From positions 1 through 64,000 of the IMG/VR virus record IMGVR_UViG_3300009103_001660: a stretch of 64,000 nt of DNA. The stretch is one strand, 5' to 3'. Positions 36,901 to 47,100 of this stretch are shown here, in pieces; the first letter of the stretch is position 1; every line of letters starts with the position of its first letter. The notes below the pieces were generated by a model. It was not told the DNA's origin. It made no database searches and was given only the letters and a program-made list of their open reading frames with translations. A program made the position numbers and the translations under genes. The DNA comes from a virus.

Positions 36901-39288
36901 ACTGGCAACCCAGACGATTCTACTCAAGAGTCTAACGTGGGCTCTTCTGCGACTAAGGCTTTGTTCAGTAAGGTTGATGCTAAAGATTTTCAATTAATTT
37001 GGAATAAATCATTCTTAGGTAACGACGTACTACCCCCCGATGTAAAATATAGAATATCCGTATTTCCCCCAGGCACATCAAATTACGCCTCTGCTACAGC
37101 ACTTGGCTCTTTCACCACCACAGAAGATAATTATGCTTTCACGTTTGCTATAAATAGCAATCTAACTAACGGCCCACACAGACACATAGATGTAGTGGTA
37201 GAAGCAATAACGCTAGCCCTCCCCTACACTTCCTCCTCAAACAGTTATAACGCAAGTAGTGAGGGCTGGGATGTGGTAGAAATCTTAAACCCAAGGCCAA
37301 AGGATTATAATCTTACGCCGAGAAAAGAGGTTGGGGCAATCCCAGGAAATACTTGGTCAACAGAAGCGATGACGACAACGCAGTATATTGATTCCGATGG
37401 CGCAGTCGTTTTAGACATACGATCCACATCTATAAATGATTTAGCTGGGGGGTATATTTATGTATCCAAAAACCCATTCAACTATAAAGACTTTGGCACA
37501 GACGGCGAACCCCTTGCTCCCCTTAATAGACCAGATCTTAAGTTACAGCCCCCAAACGGTGTTGGCTCTAAACTTAATACCGACGAGCAAACCGCGTTGA
37601 CGAACTGGGAAATAATCAAAATTCCATTTGAGTCTCCAGACAATGATATAATTCCACGCCCGCTTAGAGTTTTCCCGAACACCTCACCAGCGGCCTCGGG
37701 AATAGCTGACGATTTTGCTTATAACTACGGAAACAAGTACTATATGGCCGTTAAATTTTACGATTCATTTGACAAAGCATATAGTAAGCTAGACCCAGGA
37801 GGATTTAATACAAACGTTTACCCGATTTTGCCTCTTGGATTTGCGAGGAACACGGTTATCCCCACGAGCGACGGAGATCTTAACGTAACAAATTGTACAT
37901 ACGGAGGGGGATACAGTGTAATTGATCACCCAATTGAAAAGTATGATGCTAATGCAAGCTGCTCCAAAAAGGTTCTAGCTCAGAACTATCAATTATCTGT
38001 AGGTACTGGAGAAGGAGGTTGTAGCAACTGTGTCAATACTGGCTTATATTTAGGATATCATGAAGTTAATGATACCTACGTTGACGCAACTGGATCTGGT
38101 ATTCTTTCAGTACCCATTTATCCAAGTAGATTTTACAGCGCAAACTCAGAGAACCCATTCAAATGGTGGGTAAGACTAAATATAAATGGTCAATGGGAAG
38201 GCAACGGGATAGAAAAAATAAGAGTGCTCACAGCAAAAGACGTATGGACACTGTATAACTATAATGGATTTTTCGAGTATAGATGTGACTTCAAACAAGT
38301 TACGCTAAGCGACGGAACAATTAAGATCAATGACGTAGACTCTCATTCAGTATGCAAATTCAGAATGGGAGACAAGGGGGCAGCACATGCTTATAGTAGA
38401 GTTTACTCTGTAGATGACGCAAATCTCTCTGCGGAAGGGAGCTCAACCTATACCGTAACAGGAGTTAAGGCGGGCGTTCTGTACCCAGTTTCTAGTAGCA
38501 CCGTAAAGCGCGTTTGGGACCATGCCTCCCCTGGTGATCACATAGGGGCGTTTTATAGCAGTTTATTCGAACCATATAATGCTGCCGCTGGCAAATTTGA
38601 CAAATATTATCCATACGAAGATAGAATACAATCATACAACGAAAGAAATCAAGCGATCGCTGGTAAAACTAGACCGAACTTGGGCTTTAGAAGGTTTAGA
38701 GTTTATTTTGATCCACACCATTTACCATTCGCTTCAGACGCAAGCGGATTAGCCTCCTATTCCATTGTTGGAATGAATAGCTGGAATGGCCCATATGAAG
38801 ACTGGAAGGGTACTTCCGCAGCGCAAATTAAAGAGAGCTTAATATTCAAAAAAGCGGGGACAGATGTCATCCCAGGATATATCCAAGCTTGGCTTAGGCC
38901 AGGAGACGTTTTTGAAAACATACCAGGCTTATGGAACCATCATCCAGCTGGATTTGGACAGGGGTATGGAGGTCTTATTAAGACTCAAAAATACTTTGAT
39001 GTGCACATGGGGAGACTTGTCGACGATAGCTACTTAACCGAGGCATTTTTTGGGGTGCTCACGACGAATGACTATACTGAAGAAATGAAATCCGTTGACC
39101 TGCCATCTATTGACACCGCCAACCAAAACACACTTAAAGGCTTGGGTGGCTACGGAGGAGTGTCCGACCCATATCCCGATGGATTTACCCTGAATGAAAC
39201 CGTATATTGGGGAGAATCATTCGTAACAAAAGTTGAAAACGATGGAGTCATAGACTACATGAAGAACGACGGGCACGACCCCACATAA
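34000..39288 (+). CDS. Tail tip / host-specificity protein J-like (1762 aa)
   Basis: YPNSSLVAL, WTDNPAWIFYDL...RYGLG, EPRFTCN, AFGCTSKSEAVRVGRW, LRPGDVI, followed by FN3-like and an unrecognised C-terminal region. Confidence 0.92.
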   Translation: MPPSIISSSNEGVPESEAKQSLFFGSLPSKDITYFQTYDADIDLTTEDAPEDYGLLIDGKYWTARNHIKILDLITEGEVQGIVSGEYSPSGMVEGAVGYSGYKFEPYITSSDTEPFLRSVYLNEVPVVNSNGQFNFQEFEGGYFEGNPIGLLPESGNLKLDSGFLSIGVDDTTERKAQKVRGINERLRGPDRGSSESYYLPKVYRVLNKDLDSVNVNVKIPNLSYYRVNTKTVTRTVTEDGEEIQKGFATDQHGEVVRSEILQIPLATTVNVQFLSRPVYENSVEQAWRDAGSNSIKGLITSPTIWKKNIPVFLTGGQTPSGLIGWDIGVVRATEDSRHSYATNQTFIDSIVELSKSSFSYPNSSLVALNFNAEYFSSIPTRAYDMELQKVQVPVGYDTRTKQHAEVWDGTFQSEKKWTDNPAWIFYDLITNKRYGLGKFARHVTIDKWTLWELSKYCDTMVRDGKGGLEPRFTCNVLINTREDAFKVLKDFASIFRSIIYYGFNNLNITTDKPKNPIYLFTNSNVKDGNFKYVTNALQSLPTVAVVRYNDKTNFYKPSLEYVEDVDAIRKYGITEREVSAFGCTSKSEAVRVGRWILSTENTQTEMVQFTSGPESLLLRPGDVIRVTDKHRASVSGYFEGRIKNKNTIANGWITLDKDLPLTSNTNYYLTINTPTYFYDNSITNVTGSKDATALYSNHTSGISFNSNNTTRDIIGTGISGALYGTRISGNFFTNTYANIPPETTWSVIKNTTTEHSSNLYQITSITESDSYTYSMEALLYNSGKYDFIEKGLRVAAPPSIHSSVAAPPGPQSISASIGSVAGTIGTQQITIKVNPPGSATASDVGTTVGYKIFIKGITNTSACDDSANLDAYDFAEEDLVSGVPKEEFEAGVLFPSVTSNGFAVDGNGDLTITFNYIPDTNKRVYVIRVYAVNSVGIVSANYGKEERCVTQHYPVKDVKIYGLRTTTGNPDDSTQESNVGSSATKALFSKVDAKDFQLIWNKSFLGNDVLPPDVKYRISVFPPGTSNYASATALGSFTTTEDNYAFTFAINSNLTNGPHRHIDVVVEAITLALPYTSSSNSYNASSEGWDVVEILNPRPKDYNLTPRKEVGAIPGNTWSTEAMTTTQYIDSDGAVVLDIRSTSINDLAGGYIYVSKNPFNYKDFGTDGEPLAPLNRPDLKLQPPNGVGSKLNTDEQTALTNWEIIKIPFESPDNDIIPRPLRVFPNTSPAASGIADDFAYNYGNKYYMAVKFYDSFDKAYSKLDPGGFNTNVYPILPLGFARNTVIPTSDGDLNVTNCTYGGGYSVIDHPIEKYDANASCSKKVLAQNYQLSVGTGEGGCSNCVNTGLYLGYHEVNDTYVDATGSGILSVPIYPSRFYSANSENPFKWWVRLNINGQWEGNGIEKIRVLTAKDVWTLYNYNGFFEYRCDFKQVTLSDGTIKINDVDSHSVCKFRMGDKGAAHAYSRVYSVDDANLSAEGSSTYTVTGVKAGVLYPVSSSTVKRVWDHASPGDHIGAFYSSLFEPYNAAAGKFDKYYPYEDRIQSYNERNQAIAGKTRPNLGFRRFRVYFDPHHLPFASDASGLASYSIVGMNSWNGPYEDWKGTSAAQIKESLIFKKAGTDVIPGYIQAWLRPGDVFENIPGLWNHHPAGFGQGYGGLIKTQKYFDVHMGRLVDDSYLTEAFFGVLTTNDYTEEMKSVDLPSIDTANQNTLKGLGGYGGVSDPYPDGFTLNETVYWGESFVTKVENDGVIDYMKNDGHDPT

Positions 39289-39289
39289 A

Positions 39290-40015
39290 ATGAAAAAACT
39301 AAATAATATAATAATTATTCTTCTAAAGAATGGTAAGAAAATATGCCTAGATATAGCTGATTATACAAAAGCACAAAGCACAGCCATTAGCTTTCTCATT
39401 CACGAGGGTATACCGCACACAGAGGTCAAACAAATAATTTCCATACCAAGCACACAGTATACCGCATATGAATACCAGCACTACTTTAACGAAGCAACTG
39501 GGATAATGAATAAAAAGGAGATACTGATAGATAAAAAGATAGAAGAGATCAGAAAGAGGAGAGGGCTAATGTTTAATAAGTTGGACTTAGAATTCATGAG
39601 AACTCTTGAACAAGATAATCTAGACGGAAAAGAGCACATAGTTACAATGAAAAATTATCTAAGAGATCTGCCAGTACTACTAGAAGAAACCCTACCCAAC
39701 CTAACCGAAAAAGAAATACAAGGATTTAACGAATATAATAATATTTTTAGAATTTTCCTAATGGACGGAGGAGAGGGGTACTCAAAAGCTCCTAAAATAA
39801 CAATAGACCCGCCCAAAGGGGCTGGGGACGGAGGTTTTCAATTAAAAGCTATTGCAACAATAAATGAAGGAAAAGTAAACAGTGTAATAATAACACAATA
39901 CGGAAGCGGATACTCAATTATCCCAGAAATTAAATTTTCAGACCCAGACTCGGGAGATAAGCAGGCTTTTGCGATTGCCTCAGACCCAGAAAATGATATA
40001 TTTCAAAATAACTAA
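39290..40015 (+). CDS. Tail-fibre-assembly-chaperone-like protein fused to GxGY beta repeats
   Basis: IRKRRGLMFNKLD...KNYLRDLP (chaperone-like), then GGEGY..AP.ITI and GSGY..P.IKF. Confidence 0.5.
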   Translation: MKKLNNIIIILLKNGKKICLDIADYTKAQSTAISFLIHEGIPHTEVKQIISIPSTQYTAYEYQHYFNEATGIMNKKEILIDKKIEEIRKRRGLMFNKLDLEFMRTLEQDNLDGKEHIVTMKNYLRDLPVLLEETLPNLTEKEIQGFNEYNNIFRIFLMDGGEGYSKAPKITIDPPKGAGDGGFQLKAIATINEGKVNSVIITQYGSGYSIIPEIKFSDPDSGDKQAFAIASDPENDIFQNN

Positions 40016-40018
40016 ACA

Positions 40019-40028
40019 AGTGTAAAAG
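40019..40028 (+). promoter_or_regulatory. AGTGTA-type motif
   Basis: AGTGTAAAAG immediately after the upstream stop; GTGTA ends 14 nt before ATG 40039. Confidence 0.5.
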
Positions 40029-40038
40029 AGGAAAGAAT

Positions 40039-41190
40039 ATGCCATTTATATCACAGACAAAACATTTCGGACACACAGTTTCCATAGAAAGCGGAACTAA
40101 TAAAGTAATAACCTGCACCCAAGGTACTTGGGATACCCTAAAAGAGGGAAACAGCAGCATTTCATTTGGAGACGAAGGAGTAATGTTTAAAGTCTCAAAC
40201 AAAAAAAGAGCAACCATCTCAAAAGATGTTGAAGTTTTTGACCTTGACAAACTAAGAATAAATGAAAGTGTCACATACCAACTGTGCCCAAGTGACGTTA
40301 TAGTCTTCACACACAAGCAGTATGAAATTGGAGAAGATATAGAGATAAAAAACCTAGGTTCAAATTATTCCGTTGGAGATATTCTCATTCCCTCAAATGC
40401 GACACCGAGATATAATAGCTTTGACGATACAGAACAGCACGCCGAATTCGAAGTAACAGAAGTGATAGCCCCCTCGCCTGATAATCCGACGGCGGGCGGA
40501 GTAGCTTCACTAAAAGTAATAAAAAAAGGAGTATACAATTCATATCTAAATAATGATATAGAATTTAGCGGCGGAACTGGCAGCGGCCTAGTAGTCACTT
40601 GTGATTTTATACCCCTCCAAGAAATCTTCAATGAAGAAAGGACAATCGCAAATATTGAAGTAAACCAATCTCCATCTGGTCCGTATTCTATATTGTATCT
40701 CAGCCACCCTCTTCCGCCCAAAATTTTGAAGGGCAAAATTAAAGCGGAAAAATGGTTTATTTACTTAAACGTTGATTATCAAGGACAGTCAAAAATAAAT
40801 GTCCCGTACTCGATAGTGAAAGATTTTACAAAGAGCGCAAACCTCCCTCTTATAATGGGAGACGTTCACAACAGCCGCACTTTGTATAATGAATCAATGT
40901 CTATAATTGATGCAAAAATAGAAAATCTATACAATAAAATTTCTGAAGCAAACTCAAGATTTGAAGACCTCCTCACAAAATATAATGAACTAGAAACGTC
41001 AGCACTTAATATCTCTAACGCAAACAAAGAAGATATCGAAGACTTAAAATCGAAGTACGATCAAATAGGAGACGTGTTCATTGAGACGGGCCAAAAGTCT
41101 AAGGCTTCATTTATAACCTTAGGGCAGCAGATAGACGGAATAATTAACGAAGTTAATAAGCTCAAGGGCGAAGAGCCAACAGAAGACTAA
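40039..41190 (+). CDS. Probable virion structural protein with C-terminal coiled coil
   Basis: LGSNYSVGDIL...SGGTGSG beta motifs; heptad-like C-terminus from IDAKIENLYNKI to EVNKLKG. Confidence 0.6.
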   Translation: MPFISQTKHFGHTVSIESGTNKVITCTQGTWDTLKEGNSSISFGDEGVMFKVSNKKRATISKDVEVFDLDKLRINESVTYQLCPSDVIVFTHKQYEIGEDIEIKNLGSNYSVGDILIPSNATPRYNSFDDTEQHAEFEVTEVIAPSPDNPTAGGVASLKVIKKGVYNSYLNNDIEFSGGTGSGLVVTCDFIPLQEIFNEERTIANIEVNQSPSGPYSILYLSHPLPPKILKGKIKAEKWFIYLNVDYQGQSKINVPYSIVKDFTKSANLPLIMGDVHNSRTLYNESMSIIDAKIENLYNKISEANSRFEDLLTKYNELETSALNISNANKEDIEDLKSKYDQIGDVFIETGQKSKASFITLGQQIDGIINEVNKLKGEEPTED

Positions 41191-41192
41191 GC

Positions 41193-44100
41193 TTATCTAT
41201 TAAGAATTCCTCCCGCTCGTTTTTCTTTAATAATTGTTTGAACAACTTGCTGCTGGATCATATCTCCCAATCCCTTAGCCTGTTTATCATTCATACCACC
41301 ACCGCTAACCGAAGACGCCGCATTGTCCCCGTTCATATTTACATTTACTGTAATATTATTGGTCATTTCTCCGCCCCCGCCCTTCGGTTGATTAACGGCT
41401 GAACCAGCGGAACCAACTCCCGCTTCTACAAGACCGCCCTCGGCAAATTTTCTTGGAGATAAAACTCCAGCATTCATCTTATCAAAAAAGCCACGCCCCA
41501 AATTACTTACAACATCCCTATCGACAACAAATTCTCCGCCAGTTAAAAGCGCTGGGACATTACGAGAGGAGTGCCCACCAGAAGCGTTTGGTTCAAAGGG
41601 ATGCATATCGGGCCCATGCTTTAGCGCCTCCATCTCATTGACGGGCCTTCCACCTGCCTTTGGACCCCTGCCTCCCCATCCAGCTATCCTTCTTCCAGCG
41701 TTACGGAAACCTCTAAGCATTCTTCCTCCAGCGGTTCCCCGTCCGTAAAATTTACCGCCAAAAAGTCTTTCTCCCATTAGCCATCCAGAAGCCATACTAA
41801 TTCCAGCGTTTACTAAAGCACTTCTTCTATTAGCTTTCTTTTGCTTTATATAACTAAGATATTCATTCGCCCACGTTTCTAGGTTACTTAATTCTGAATC
41901 TTGATGTTGGTAGTATGCTCTTTCTCTATCTAGCCTAAGTTGGTTTTGCGGATTATCGCTGTCCAATGCGTATCCAGTAAGGTTGCCTACGTTGTGTCTT
42001 ATACCACTAACATCCCATCCCCGCTTAGAACGAACAGGCGTACCATCAGCTAACGCAACATCTGCAGATATTCCTTGACTTTGGCCACTTACCACCCATT
42101 CTGTTTTGTTTGCTTGAGACACATAAGCACCCCTAGAAGCACCCATTGCACCACCGCTATTTATTGACTGAAGGAACGACTCCATACCTGGTTGCTGTAC
42201 CACCCCTCTTCTTATTACGTACTCTCCTTGGTTCAGCCATGCGGGCACATCATCTTTATATCCAGTTCCGCCCCTAACTACGCCGCCTCCTGCATACCCC
42301 CTTATATATCCCCCCGAGGCATTTGTAACTGGTCTACCCATGCCCTGCATTCCAGCGCCAATTGGCTCAAAAATGAATCTATTGACAAATGTCGCTAGAA
42401 TTGTTTTTCTTAAATGGTCGGTCATATCTTGGAATATGTCCTTAAAGCTCGCTTTTAAATCCTTCGCACCAGTTATGGCTGCGTCAAAAGCATCAATCGT
42501 ACCGTCTCTGAATGTAGTTACAGCTACTTTTAGCGAGTCATCTACTTGTCTATAGAAATCTGATTCACTATATCTAAGCTGACTCCCCATCGACCTAAAA
42601 GAGTCATCAAGGCCATAATTTCCACGCTCTATTCTTAAGCTAGTTATCCTATCTGCCACCGCTCTAATTTCATCACCAGTTGCTCTTCCGCTTTTTTCTA
42701 GAACTTCTAAATCTTGTATGGATTCGGCTAATTCTCTGGCAGATTCTTCAAGGAAGTTAAGTTCATTATGTTGGACAATTCTTTCCAAATTATCTGAGTT
42801 TGCTGCCATATTATCATATATTGTTTTATATGTATTACCTTTCCCGCTTCTAAGTAAATCAAGATATTCTCCTCTTTTTGCGTCTTGATGAGCTCGGGTG
42901 GCAGCTATCTTATCGGGGCCATCCGCCATGTCGGTTATACTTTTAGGTAGAGTACTTATGGCGCTTTTAGCTCTGTTTAGTTTTTCCACGCTGTGTCCGT
43001 ATATACTTTTTCCAGTTCGTTTTGCACCCCCGCCTCTCCATGCTGCTGCAGCTTGCTCTGCTGGAGTTTGGCTTGCTAGAGCCTTAGCTGCCTCTGGCGA
43101 AAGATCTGCTAATAGTTTAATTAATTTTAATATTCCTTGAGCCTTGTTTTTAAACACGGCACTTTCTGAATTATTAAGATTATCAAGCGCTGTCAGGTAA
43201 TTATTGAAAGCCAATTTATAATCAGGGTCATCCTCTTCAATTCCTTGATGTATTAACCATTCAAGATCTTCCTTTGCGTGGAGCATCTTTTCTTTCAGGC
43301 CATCTACTACTTCACCGTGCTTTTCAATAGCTACATTCAAAACCTTCGTCAGCTCATCAGCTTTCTTGCCTTGCATATCTGAAAGCTTAATTTTTTCAGC
43401 TACTCCATGTCCGCCTTTATATGTAATACTTCTTTTATTTGGGTCTTGCATCATTGCTTGAGACCATAGACTTGATGCATAGCCCTGCGGACTAAGCGCG
43501 GCACTTTGACCCATGTTCCACGCGTAAGCATTTCTTCTTATGGGCGTTTGACCAGTTCCTTGTCCTGAGAATTGAGCCGCTGGAACCCATTGACCTTTAG
43601 AATTTAGTACTGCGCCATCTTGAAGGTGCTTCATCTGTTTTTTGCCCTCAGTAATCCCGTCTTGGATTTCCTTATCTTTTTTTACTGCATATGTATGTGC
43701 ATCAACGGCCCGTTGGTTTTTATGTAATGCTTCTGCTGCACCTTTTGTATTATCTACTAACTTCTGCTCTGCGGCTGGTAATTGACGGTTGGGCTGGGCG
43801 GAGAGATTGATGTTGGCGTTGGGATCTTTCAATTTTGCCGCCGCCGCTTCGAGCTGACTCGCCTGAGCCATAAGTTGCATATAATATAGTCTGGCTTTTT
43901 TCGCACCCACCACATCTACTGGCGACCCGTCAACCTCTGCACCTTTCCACCCGTATTCCACGGCCGTCGCTCTACTCATGTCGCGGACACCGTCCTTACC
44001 TTCCCCCCATTTTTCCCTTGGAACCCAACCCCTCTGCGCGGCAGGCCCACCAAACGCTCGAACATCCCCGAAAATGTGAGCCATCTTTCTATATCTTTCT

Positions 44101-47100
44101 GCTTGCGCTTTTAGTTGGTGTGGGGTAACTCTTACGTCTCCTACGCCCAACTCTTTGAGAAGAGGCATGTCTTGATATCCAATAGGTGTATCTTTAATAT
44201 AATTTAGTTTCTGAGGCGGCTGCCCCCCTGGAGAAAGTCTGGTTCCGCTGCGTTTTTTACCTTTATATTTAATATTGTAAGCGTATGATTGTCCATCTAT
44301 TGTTTTATATTCTGCTTCTAGTGTATCTGGTAGGTTTGCTTTGGTTGGGAAATCGCCAGGCCCATTACCAGCAGGCATCATGCTTCCTGCAGTCCCCAAG
44401 TCAAACCCTGCCTGTAGTCCACGCCCCTGATGGCCAGCTCCTTCTTCACCTCTCCGAAGCCACCGTTCATCCCACTCTAGACCCGCTTTATTTTTTTGCA
44501 TATCCCGAATGTTAGGCAAACCTGCCTGTCCAAGGGCCATGCGACCGATATTCATGAATGCAGGTGCCCCCATGTTCAGATTACCCATGAACATCGAAGC
44601 CCTACCAGTCGTGGGAAGTGATTGGAAGGCTGAGCTACGGTCATTTTGTCCTAGATTCACTTGACCAGGTAACCTAGCATTTACTCTATTCCATCTTTGC
44701 AGAGCGTCAGCTTTTAAAGCTTTCAAGCCTTCCTCGGGCACACCCTGCTCTTCGGCAACTGCGGCGGTATCCATTGTAGCTAAAAATTTCAACATTGCTC
44801 TAGGGTCTTTTGCGCCTGGTGTGCCCCTTTTCACCCTATTAGTTTGGAAAGCGGCACCCGCTAAAGTCTCCAGTGTTCTTTCCCTCCCATGGACTTGTTT
44901 TTTTCCACCAAGGTTCCAAAGTGAGTCCATCGTGACTGGCCCCTTCGCCATCGACGTCATAGCGGCCAAGAACGCCTCTTCTGAGTGTGCGCCCGCAGTT
45001 GTTTCCCCAATTGCCCCGAGACCAGCGCCATATGTGAATTGGTTGCTTGGAATATATGTTCCTATTTGTCCCCGTTGCTTTGCTCCTCTTTTTCCTTTCA
45101 GAATGTTGTACTGGCGCATGGCATTAGACAAATCTTCTGGACTCTTTATCTTACCTCCTGGAACAAACTGCCCTAAATTCTGTAGGCTTTCTTTTCCGAT
45201 CGCGCCCTCCATATTAGCGATAAACTCTCGCATATTAGTAAATAGATCTTTATTCAGTTGACTCATCTGCCGCATATTCTCATTAAGAGCGAGAGCTCTC
45301 CTTATCTCTTCCAGCTTTGTGTGTATGCTTTGTTGACCAGCCGTGTTAGACGATGCCATATGTGCAGTAGATGCTTCCTGAACAGCTTGTAGAGCTTGGT
45401 GCCCAGAAAATACGGTACCAACTAACTGATTTAAATTATTTACTCTTATAGCTTTATCAAAAGCAGTGAACATTTCATTTTCTCTGGTATTTAGTGAAAG
45501 CGCCTGAAGAACCTTGAGGTCGACTATTCTATCCCTAATCTCTTGCATGTGTAGAGATGGGTCTTTTATCTGAGCACGAATCTGTTTCTCTGCGACCTGT
45601 CTTGCGTTCGCTAGATTTGTTAATTTTTTAGTTACACTTTCTTTCCCCGATGGGGTAGTAGCAAGTTCTGGGAAATTCCTGAGAGTCAATAAGGATTTTT
45701 GTTGGATATCTACCGCTCTTCCTTCTATTGCCCTTCTAATTAAATCTTTAGGCATATCTGGTCCTTCTGCCCCGTAAGACCCCTGAATTAAATCAAGCAT
45801 TTGAAGCGAAGCTCTACCGCTTGTTATTGTTCCTAAATCTCCTCCAAATGTTCCAGCCTGTCCTCTTAATCTCTGGATTCTGTCTAAGGTGGGACGAATA
45901 TTTTGCCCTTCCATATATCCTTTTGCCCCGCCCAGTAAACCTAGCTCCAAGTTTTGAACATTTATTTTTCTTGATAGCTCACTTTGTATTCTTAGTTCCG
46001 CAAGTTCCATTTGGTGAGCCTGAAGAGCTTTAGCTCTATCTTGGTTTGCTTTTTCTGCGCTCGTTCTCAGTTGATCTAAAATTTGTGTTTGTAGCAATCC
46101 TTGCCCGCCCATAATCGTTTGAAGTTCGGTATTGTTAATTAGCATTTTTTTGAGATGATCTTCTATATCTTCTTGATCTTCTCCCGCCCTAAACATGTCT
46201 GAGGCCTCTTCAAAAATTTCTAACAGCGCGTCACGTTGGGCTCCAGCTTTTCCTATTTTAACAATATCTGTTGTTGATATAGCTTTATTTGTTGCTTGTT
46301 GGCTTATTGCTAAATTATTTATTTGATCATTAACTGTAACTAATCTTTTAGATAAATTTTCTAAAAAGCTACTCTGGCTTTTTAGTTGTATTTTCTGCAT
46401 TTTAGTAATAGTTTTGTTTGCGAGCTCCAAGTCTTTAATTGTGTATTCCGATACCCTTGTTGCCTCTTCCCCCATAAATGGCTCTGCAAGCTTAGAGGTG
46501 GAACGTACCCTATTCAAAAGAGTTTTCCTTTGAAAATTACCGAGCGTATGGTCCATTTCCGCTATAGATTTTTGAAGGTCTTGAACTCTTGTTATCGCCC
46601 CGCTCAAAGCTATGCCAGCAGCTTTTATAGCTTCTTCATACTCTTTACTTATCGCCAGCTCTTCGTTTCTTAATTCATTAAGTACCGCTTGGTGGGCAGC
46701 CGCTTTTTCAGCCCACATCGCAGCAACATTTGCTTCTTTAGCCATCTTTTTTAGTGCTTCTATAAGCACTGGTATGTCATGCTCTTTTGTGTGTTTTCCC
46801 TTTTCAAGCCCACCAAAAATATTATCTCTAAGCATTTTGAATGCTCTTGGATCTGTACCTTTTAGATTAGTTTGAAGTGCGTCCATTATCTGTGGTACAC
46901 CACCCGCCCCCTGCATTTGTCTAAGAAAGTTTTCTCTCTGTTCTCTAGTCATGTTACTCATTTGACCTGATACGCCTAAGGATGTAGATATATTTTTTAC
47001 GTCTCTTTCAAGGGCTAGTTTGCCACTAGCGGTGTCTTGATCGTATATTCTACCTTGAAGGTTAACGCGCTCGTCCATTAGGTCTCCATACCTCATCGCG

